32,000 bases of DNA, taken from assembly GCA_048938295.1 (NCBI GenBank), contig JBHLMI010000014.1:1-32000 (forward strand). The letters are read 5' to 3'. This stretch comes from Promethearchaeota archaeon. Its GTDB lineage: Archaea; Asgardarchaeota; Hermodarchaeia; Hermodarchaeales; Hermodarchaeaceae. The position numbers and the translations under genes are program-made. Below the pieces are notes generated by a model. The model made no database searches. It was not told the origin of the DNA and worked only from the letters and a program-made list of their open reading frames with translations. This document shows positions 8,307-15,190 of this stretch, in pieces (position 1 is the stretch's first letter; each line of letters begins with the position of its first letter).

Positions 8307-8519
8307 ATAGAAAAACAATGTTTTTGAAGAAGGGGGGAACCGGGCCCGTACAAACTCCAAACGGAAGGAACCAAGAAGTGTGGACATCCGCTGCCGGAAC
8401 GCTGCTATGCCGATCCTCCGTCAACGGATGGAGAGGTCGTCGGAGGTTCTGCAGGCCCGATCTCGTCGCTGCGAGTTGGATCTGGTGATCGTGTGTTCAC
8501 CATCTGAATTCCTCACAGC

Positions 8520-8657
8520 TTAGCGTTTGCTTAGCGCCAGCATGACTGCATACCGAGTGCGAGGCTTCGCAGTCGGGTGGGGGTTGCGGCAGCCTGCAAC
8601 AAGGCGCTCACAAGCTGACATATCGGCAAGTTTTTTGTGTTTGTAGGATTTGGCCAT
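8520..8657 (-). CDS. Basic microprotein A, 45 aa, unknown family (not in the ORF track)
   Basis: MAKSYKHKKLADMSACERLVAGCRNPHPTAKPRTRYAVMLALSKR*; SD GGAGGA upstream; paralog of 8026-8169. Confidence 0.75.
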   Translation of the reverse strand: MAKSYKHKKLADMSACERLVAGCRNPHPTAKPRTRYAVMLALSKR

Positions 8658-8685
8658 CTCAAAGTCCTCCAATTGTGTTTGTCAC

Positions 8686-8709
8686 CGGGATCCCTGGGAG
8701 GGAACCCCG
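8686..8709 (-). promoter_or_regulatory. GC-rich hairpin in the leader of microprotein A
   Basis: Minus-strand CGGGGTTCCCTCCCAGGGATCCCG gives a 10-bp stem (one G-U, one bulge) with a CCC loop, about 15 nt upstream of the SD. Confidence 0.45.
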
Positions 8710-8741
8710 TTGCAATGAGATATGGGTAAGGATTTGATATG

Positions 8742-8858
8742 AATTGATGGGAACAAATTAGTGCAAATGTCTGCGGTTCAAGCTCAGAAATCAAGAAATT
8801 GTGAACCATTGTATGCAAAATATTGTACTAAAATCCGTCATTTCTCCGTTTTTTGCAC
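8742..8858 (-). promoter_or_regulatory. Upstream module of microprotein A
   Basis: 8742-8767 is homologous to 8228-8253; ATGCAAAA (8813-8820)-N30-TTTTGCAC (8851-8858). Confidence 0.55.
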
Positions 8859-8960
8859 CAGATTGGCATGATTTCTGTTTTGTAGAACCCATTTGAGTGA
8901 TTGCAAACGAGTTATTTGAAAGTTTTTGGGGAGTTTTTCTCATTATCAACCAGCGGTCTT

Positions 8961-9483
8961 ATGTTAAAGCGAGATGATGAACCGATCGAGGGCTTCCGAG
9001 CTTTACCCCCGTTTCCGGTAATATTAGTCACCGTGCAAGAGAACGTAATGACAGCGGCAGCGTTCCATTTCTATTCATTCAGCCCACTTTGCGTGACGGT
9101 AGGAATTCGTCCACAGACCCACACCTTTAGCCTACTCCCTCAGGTTAAGGAATTCGGGGTTAATATTCCTACGACAACCCAGCTAGAACAGGTGCATGTC
9201 TGTAGGTCTGTGTCTGCCCGGATTGAAGATAAATTTGAGAAAACCGGATTGACCAAGATGAAAGGCAAAGTTATCGATACCGTTCTCGTGGCTGAGTGCC
9301 CTGTGAATTTGGAGTGTCGTGTCGTGCACGAAGTAGCGTTTGAAGGGAAGTCACCGATGGTTTGTTGGTGAGGTCATTGCCGTTCATGTAGCCGAGGATT
9401 ATCAGCGGGATCAGGCCCTTACGTATTGGATGCGGGAGTACCGCCGTGTTGGCGAAGTTTTAGTCACTGTTAAAGGGCTGTAA
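8961..9483 (+). pseudogene. Flavin reductase-like (DIM6/NTAB) protein with a 1-bp frameshift
   Basis: PPFPVILVT, VGIRP, EFGVNIP, DKFEKTGLT and ECPVNLECRV are in frame 1. The conserved C-terminus SHRWFVGEVIAVH...YRRVGEVL* continues in the +1 frame after GGG 9345-9347 to TAA 9481-9483. Confidence 0.8.
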
Positions 9484-9558
9484 AAGAGGTTAGTGAAAAG
9501 GAAAGAGCTTTTCCCCGCGAACTAGTTGGATAACAGAACATGCGGAGTTGTGAGTGAT

Positions 9559-9996
9559 ATGAATCCGTTAGAGGCGTTTCCCTTCAAGAACATGCGGACC
9601 ATCGTCGACTTGGTCGAGGAAGGCGAAGTCGATGTGAGTGCGATTCGTTCCGCGACGGGAATGTGCAGTTTTGATTCCACCGAGGTGTTGGATATGCTCA
9701 CTTATCTCACGAGCTTTGGCCGCGTAGAAGCAGAGGAGGGAGGCTGGCTGCTTCAGAAAACAGAGGAGGAAGCCGCGTATGAGCGGTTTCGGAAGAGTTT
9801 CCTTGAGGCAGCTGTGGCAATTCTTTCGAAATTAACAGAAAAAGCAAAGTCGGTGGAACAGCTCTCGAAGGAGACGGGTCTTAAACTGGAAACCGTGGAG
9901 GTGTACTTACCGTTTCTTGCCGACATCACCCGGTTAGGCGTAATTAGCCGGTGTTCGAACGAGTATCCTCTTACATGGTGCCAGAAATCAGAGTAG
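9559..9996 (+). CDS. Hypothetical protein, probably two winged-helix domains
   Basis: Two HTH-like segments (VDVSAIRSATGM..TEVLDMLTYL..GRVE and KSVEQLSKETGLKLETVEVYLPFL..LGVI). ATG 9559 preferred over TTG 9526. Confidence 0.65.
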   Translation: MNPLEAFPFKNMRTIVDLVEEGEVDVSAIRSATGMCSFDSTEVLDMLTYLTSFGRVEAEEGGWLLQKTEEEAAYERFRKSFLEAAVAILSKLTEKAKSVEQLSKETGLKLETVEVYLPFLADITRLGVISRCSNEYPLTWCQKSE

Positions 9997-10132
9997 CTGT
10001 TCAAGTTGGGAGAGGGTTTCTCCTGCGTTCCCTTGGATTCTAGTTGCTGGTCTATTTGCTAAATAGACAGAAGAAGGACACAGCTTTTATAGGAGAAGTG
10101 TTGGATGCGGCAGGAAGACTGATTCATCTACC

Positions 10133-10213
10133 CTTTACATCATCGCCTTCACACTCGTGATTATCGGCCTTGATTCGATTATCCAAGGACTAACAGTATT
10201 CCGCTCCAGGTAA
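10133..10213 (+). pseudogene. Possible C-terminal relic of an HdeD-like paralog
   Basis: LYIIAFTLVIIGLDSIIQGLTVFRSR* resembles the C-terminus of the downstream gene (FFIIALDALATGIFR*). No in-frame start with an SD. Confidence 0.3.
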
Positions 10214-10368
10214 AAATCCATCATGACAGAGTTCTTCCACACCACGAGCCACTCCCGCAGTTAGAAAGCATAAATCTAAACCTGAATGCTCTAGGGTACG
10301 TTGGGGTGCGCAAAGAGCACAGTATTTATAGTAGAAATAAGGTCAGGCTCTGACTGAGGTTTTGTCAG

Positions 10369-10911
10369 ATGTTAGAATCTACCGCTAAACCCATGCCAGT
10401 ATGGTTCAAATGGGCAAATATCCTAATCGGCATTATCGCATTGATTCTAGGAATTGGTACAATCTTCTTCGCCCCTTTACTAGGTGCTGAAACCTTTGTC
10501 ATCTTCATTGGTGCTCTTCTCCTATTCACTGGAATTCTCAAAACCGTTCACAGTTACCGGTATACAGAGTTTCCACGTTGGCTTCGATACTTGACGATAA
10601 TCTTTGGGGTTGTCATCCTTGGCCTCGGCATTCCTTTAATCATCTATGCAACCGAAGAGCACATCGTCGCGATTCTCATCCTCTTCACCCTTATCCTCAT
10701 TGGTGTCTTCCTTATGATGATCAACATCCAAATCGGTGAACACCCTGGCTCAGGTCGGTCGCTCTTAATTGTATTAGGAGCAGTCGTCGTCATTATCATA
10801 ATTGCTATATGGATCGGTCACTTTCTCGGATTGCTTACCTATCTGTTCTTCATCATGATAGGATTCTTCATAATCGCCCTGGATGCCTTGGCCACAGGGA
10901 TCTTTCGATAA
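10369..10911 (+). CDS. HdeD/DUF308-like 6-TM membrane protein
   Basis: Two three-helix repeats (IIALILGIGTIFFAP...GALLLFTGI and VILGLGIPLIIY...LILIGV). Confidence 0.7.
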   Translation: MLESTAKPMPVWFKWANILIGIIALILGIGTIFFAPLLGAETFVIFIGALLLFTGILKTVHSYRYTEFPRWLRYLTIIFGVVILGLGIPLIIYATEEHIVAILILFTLILIGVFLMMINIQIGEHPGSGRSLLIVLGAVVVIIIIAIWIGHFLGLLTYLFFIMIGFFIIALDALATGIFR

Positions 10912-10956
10912 TAACTTCAGGGAGTCGATTCCAGATAGAGAGTTGGAGGTTAGTGT

Positions 10957-11508
10957 ATGGGAGAAGCACTTCGTCGGATATCAAAGGGGCGGGTAATCAT
11001 TGTCATTCTGCCTAATATCCTCTATTTTGTGATACTTGCGATCGCCGTTGTGATGACTTGGTATTTCCCACAGGTACCATGGCAATTCCTGTCGGGGACT
11101 AGTCTGCTATTTCCGTGGCGCTTTATGGAACTCTTGGGAGGAACCATCTTGTTAATCCTTGCAGTCATGTTCATAGTATGGGGTGTGATTTCGCTAGGGC
11201 GGGACCGAGCTTCAGGGACCGAGATAGGAGCAAGTCGTCGCTCTTCAACCCTTGTGACTAATGGGGCTTACGCCTATTGCCGCCACCCACAAACTCTAGG
11301 TTTTATCCTCGCCACACCAGCATTAGCCTTGATGTTCGACTTTGTACCACTCCTCATTGTTGCCCTTCTATATACGCCCTTGCAGCTCGCCTTACTTGGC
11401 TACGAGGAAGTGGAACTACTCCGACGATTTGGCGACCCTTATGGTACCTACCGCGATGCCGTGCCTTTCATTCTCCCTCGCCGAAAACGGATAGTACCGA
11501 GTACATGA
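10957..11508 (+). CDS. Isoprenylcysteine carboxylmethyltransferase/PEMT-family membrane methyltransferase
   Basis: LVTNGAYAYCRHPQTLG and EEVELLRRFGDPYGTYRDAVPFILP are the Ste14/ICMT-family signature. Confidence 0.85.
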   Translation: MGEALRRISKGRVIIVILPNILYFVILAIAVVMTWYFPQVPWQFLSGTSLLFPWRFMELLGGTILLILAVMFIVWGVISLGRDRASGTEIGASRRSSTLVTNGAYAYCRHPQTLGFILATPALALMFDFVPLLIVALLYTPLQLALLGYEEVELLRRFGDPYGTYRDAVPFILPRRKRIVPST

Positions 11509-11522
11509 AAAGTGACTAGCTA

Positions 11523-11927
11523 ATGACTTTCTTGCCCAAGATTCTACGATGGATTAGCTTAGTCCTTGCACTGATTCTATTGATTGAAGGCGCAGCTCTT
11601 TTCATCGGGATGAATCTTCTAAGCCCAGGGGTTGAGTGGACTCTCACCAATAACCTCTTGTTAATCATCGACATCCTCGTTGCGGCAGGACTGCTTCGAC
11701 TTCTACTCCGGCAAACTAATTTCGATAGGCCAATTGGCCTCTATGTTCTATTAGTCATTACCATCATAACACAAGCATACCGGACCGTTGAGTACTTCCT
11801 ACCAGTTCCCTCGAAATTTATTTTCAACGAGACATTGTTTCTGGTTAATGCCCTTACACTTGGACTGGCTATCACCGCATTGATAATCGGAATCTATTTT
11901 CAAACCAAGTCGAATCACAAAGATTAG
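11523..11927 (+). CDS. Hypothetical 4-TM membrane protein
   Basis: Four hydrophobic helices; starts 14 nt after the previous stop, suggesting co-transcription. Confidence 0.75.
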   Translation: MTFLPKILRWISLVLALILLIEGAALFIGMNLLSPGVEWTLTNNLLLIIDILVAAGLLRLLLRQTNFDRPIGLYVLLVITIITQAYRTVEYFLPVPSKFIFNETLFLVNALTLGLAITALIIGIYFQTKSNHKD

Positions 11928-11945
11928 TTACAGAGCATGGTATCT

Positions 11946-12392
11946 TCACTCAAGATCTTTAAGCGCCTTGCGAATCTCCTTGCCTTGTCTCTGCATTTCT
12001 TCAGCTAGTGGTGTAGTTCCATAATCGGGACCAGCTTGAATGCGTATGCCATCGCCCTCGAATCGGGGAATGACGTGGATGTGAATGTGGGGGATTTCTT
12101 GAAACGCGGCTTTCCCATCAGCAAGCCACACGTTGATACCCTCACTACGGATATCAGATTTTCGCAGGGCAGCAGCAATACGACCGGCAACTTGGAATAG
12201 ACGACCTCCCAGTTCGGGATCAAGATCCTCTAAGCCTGCTGAATGGTGTTTAGGGATTACGAGTGTGTGGCCGGGGGTGATTGGGCGAACGTCAAGGAAG
12301 GCGATGATTTCCTCATCCTCGTAGACAATTGTGGAAGGAATTTGCTTTGTAACGATCTTGCAGAAGATACAGTCTGCGGACGATTTACTCAT
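11946..12392 (-). CDS. HIT (histidine triad) family hydrolase
   Basis: DCIFCKI, AFLDVRPITPGHTLVIPK and the triad PHIHIHVIPR. Confidence 0.92.
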   Translation of the reverse strand: MSKSSADCIFCKIVTKQIPSTIVYEDEEIIAFLDVRPITPGHTLVIPKHHSAGLEDLDPELGGRLFQVAGRIAAALRKSDIRSEGINVWLADGKAAFQEIPHIHIHVIPRFEGDGIRIQAGPDYGTTPLAEEMQRQGKEIRKALKDLE

Positions 12393-12449
12393 AAGGATGA
12401 CTTAGAACCGCCTATTCATAAATGCCTTTGTTCTGAATATTTGAATAGG

Positions 12450-15035
12450 CTATTCTTCTGATCGAGCTTGGTTAAGGATGGGATAGATTTGTTCTGCGTT
12501 GATTATCGCTTTCCCATCGACTTTATAATCCCTAGGATGAACAAAGACGGCATGGGTTTGGTCACCCCCGACGCCACCATGGTTGCCGATTAATTCTTCA
12601 TAAGCAGCAACGGAACCATCAGGATAAACTGGGCTGATAAGTGTGAGATCACCAGCACTCGGGAACTCGGCCAATCGCAAGAGTTGCTTGATGCGGATTT
12701 CAGGTCGCCCATAGGGGATCAGAGGGTTCGTTCCTTCCATATTCCCTGTTCGAAGTTCAACAGCCCCTTCTTTCGATAAGAGAATCGGACCACGATTCTG
12801 GTCCAACACGATAACGAAGCCAACTCCTTCATGAGCGACAAGTTTCGAAATAAAGCCAGGAAATTGGTCTTCAAAGTCTTGTAAAGCTAGACGTTCTTTT
12901 TGTGTATTGAAATAGACTTGAGCCAGGTTACCTGACGCACATACAATGACATCATTTTCATAGACTTCTTCACGCATATCGACTCGTTCTTTCTCTACTT
13001 TTTGACGATAGAAGTGTCGTAGTGCAGTTTTACCCTTCTTACCCTCTACTTCCTCTTTTCCAGCGTTTAAGTCATCGACGAGTCCACCGACATACCCGAC
13101 ATGAGCATCTATGGCTTCAATTTCTCCAACGGATAGCTTACCTTCTAACAAATTTCCAATGAAGTCTTTGATGGAGATGCTATATCGTTGTTTAAATGTC
13201 CACCCCACAGACTGACCATGATCTGAGAGGACAAATAGATGGTAGGGGCGAGGAGCTAGATGTTCGATAGCATGGAGCACTCGCCGAACCTGCTTATCAA
13301 GGCCTCTTAGAGCCTTCAGAGCATCGCTGGTCATGGGTCCCGAATGATGAGCTATCTCATCGTACCCAAGATAGGTAACGTATACTCCAGGTACACCACG
13401 AACGATATCCTGTATCACCATGGAAGTCGCAATGTCACGCATGAAGATATTCGTTGCTGCGCGGACACCAGGATAGAACTTGTGAAACCGATTCATTCGG
13501 GGCTTCCGTCGAGTAATAGTTTGTTTGATTATCTGCCCAATTTCCACGACAAGATCCCAGATTGTATAGATAATACTCCGGTTCATTGCCCAAGGATTGA
13601 GTAGATAATAGTAGAGATCTTTGCTTCGTCGTTTGCTGGCTTCCGTGTCTTTTTCTTGAAGGGTCGACATTGTGAAGAAGGAATAGGTGGCATCACCGCT
13701 TACGAGGTTACTGACACTGGATCCTCCGTTGCGGAGAACCCCCTGCCCATCGGATGCACGTTTATCGATGAAGTGTGCATCTGCCTGTTTGTTTGAAGTC
13801 AACATGCGATCTTCGTTTTTAATGTACCAGCGAAAAGCAGGAATATCGTAGTTATTCCCGTGAAGAATGCCAGCTTGACAGGATGAGGTCATTGAGGGGA
13901 TTCCGCAATCCCAACCAGTAAACTCATGGCTGCCACGGTCCAATAACCTCTGAATGGTGGGCATATATTCACGTTTTAGTGCCGATTGCAAAGCAGGATA
14001 GCTTAGCCCATCGATTTCCAAGGCAACGACGCCGGGAGTCTGAGGAATGTCTTCAGTTGCAATTTCTTTCTGAATTTGTTTGGCAACGTACTGATTAAAG
14101 AAGGTACTATCATCATCGAGTCCTACAACATTTACTACAATCGCATTGAAGGTAGCAAAAATAAGCCCACCGATGAGTGCAGCCGCGATATTAACAATGA
14201 CAAACCCAGGCACAATGAGAGAGAGAAAATAAAGTATGAGCCCGTTAACAAGAAACATTACCACAAAGGAGATAGCAAATCCGATCCACCAGCGGGCAAT
14301 CCATGAGGCGACTTTGGTGAAGATAGGTCGAATGAGCACATTGCTAATAGCAATCAAGGCTACAACAATATAGATTATTCCGAAAGCTGTGAGAACGTCA
14401 CCAGATAACAACCCGACAATGGCAATTCCATTATATAATATCGCGGTTAAAAGCAGAGCAAGGGCATTAAGATTCCAGACCAGGATGAAGCGTCCCAGTC
14501 GGATATTTGCATAGGGTTGGTTGTCTAGCTGCCAGATAAGAAATGCACCAACAAAGAACACATTAATCGCCAATACTACAAAGAACACACCTAATGCCAA
14601 ATTAAGAAAAATGAGAGGCCCAACAGGGGCCACAGGATAAAAGAGGTTAAACACATAACTAAGAATTCCGCCAGTTATTGCTAGAAGGGAAACAGCGACA
14701 CCAAGAGGAACAGCCCATTCCTTCCGGTACGCTGTCCCCAGGGCCACGATCATGCCAATGAGTGCGACAAAGGTGAGAGAAACACCTATTACAAAAAAGA
14801 TGCTGAGTACTGAGTGAACAGTCAGCCCCGCATTTGTAATTTCAGTTAGAATTTGAGCATATAGGATAGGATCAGAAACAGCAATGAAGTTGAGAGCATC
14901 TACGAGACTGACAGGGACTACACTGATGATTCCGCCAATAACCGCGAAGGCAAACATCAACACAAAGTCAATGCCAGCAATGACCCGAACTACTCGTGGG
15001 GCAAGGCATTTTCTTTTGTTTGGGGCTTCAACCAT
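12450..15035 (-). CDS. Multi-TM protein with a 4-TM holin-like (YvlD-type) domain fused to an alkaline phosphatase superfamily domain
   Basis: Holin-like LSNVLIRPIF...VVMFLVNGLILY; phosphatase motifs EIDGLS, SMTSSCQAGILHG (Thr nucleophile), GYDEIAHHSGP, LSDHG, GNHGG. Confidence 0.8.
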   Translation of the reverse strand: MVEAPNKRKCLAPRVVRVIAGIDFVLMFAFAVIGGIISVVPVSLVDALNFIAVSDPILYAQILTEITNAGLTVHSVLSIFFVIGVSLTFVALIGMIVALGTAYRKEWAVPLGVAVSLLAITGGILSYVFNLFYPVAPVGPLIFLNLALGVFFVVLAINVFFVGAFLIWQLDNQPYANIRLGRFILVWNLNALALLLTAILYNGIAIVGLLSGDVLTAFGIIYIVVALIAISNVLIRPIFTKVASWIARWWIGFAISFVVMFLVNGLILYFLSLIVPGFVIVNIAAALIGGLIFATFNAIVVNVVGLDDDSTFFNQYVAKQIQKEIATEDIPQTPGVVALEIDGLSYPALQSALKREYMPTIQRLLDRGSHEFTGWDCGIPSMTSSCQAGILHGNNYDIPAFRWYIKNEDRMLTSNKQADAHFIDKRASDGQGVLRNGGSSVSNLVSGDATYSFFTMSTLQEKDTEASKRRSKDLYYYLLNPWAMNRSIIYTIWDLVVEIGQIIKQTITRRKPRMNRFHKFYPGVRAATNIFMRDIATSMVIQDIVRGVPGVYVTYLGYDEIAHHSGPMTSDALKALRGLDKQVRRVLHAIEHLAPRPYHLFVLSDHGQSVGWTFKQRYSISIKDFIGNLLEGKLSVGEIEAIDAHVGYVGGLVDDLNAGKEEVEGKKGKTALRHFYRQKVEKERVDMREEVYENDVIVCASGNLAQVYFNTQKERLALQDFEDQFPGFISKLVAHEGVGFVIVLDQNRGPILLSKEGAVELRTGNMEGTNPLIPYGRPEIRIKQLLRLAEFPSAGDLTLISPVYPDGSVAAYEELIGNHGGVGGDQTHAVFVHPRDYKVDGKAIINAEQIYPILNQARSEE

Positions 15036-15190
15036 TAGTTGTCTCCTCGGGTGGTAGACTTCTCGTGGGTTGGTCGATTGTGTCCTATTATATTATTGCT
15101 TTTCTCTAATTTCGGTGTCTGTGAGGTGCGAAAGCTATTTGTGGAGTCTTCACAGACTGAGTGTAATATTCAGTGTAAGGTGTGTTTACC

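Noticed and set aside
8159-8488. Track ORFs 8159-8374, 8176-8424 and 8267-8488
   Set aside because: They run across the conserved upstream module of microprotein B, have random-looking composition and have no paralog support.
8500-8620. Resemblance to a c-di-GMP riboswitch or tmRNA (GCAAACGCTAAGC) and several stems
   Set aside because: Consensus elements are incomplete and the region is better explained as the CDS of microprotein A. No RNase P or SRP motifs were found either.
8531-8818. 95-aa minus-strand ORF from the track
   Set aside because: No SD, no recognisable features, and it overlaps microprotein A in another frame. A has an SD and a paralog.
9340-9352. Programmed frameshift in the flavin reductase
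   Set aside because: No canonical slippery heptamer or downstream stimulator, and the family has no known recoding.
12450-15035. Prophage signal from the holin-like domain
   Set aside because: No capsid, integrase, terminase or lysin genes nearby; the fusion is a cellular membrane protein.
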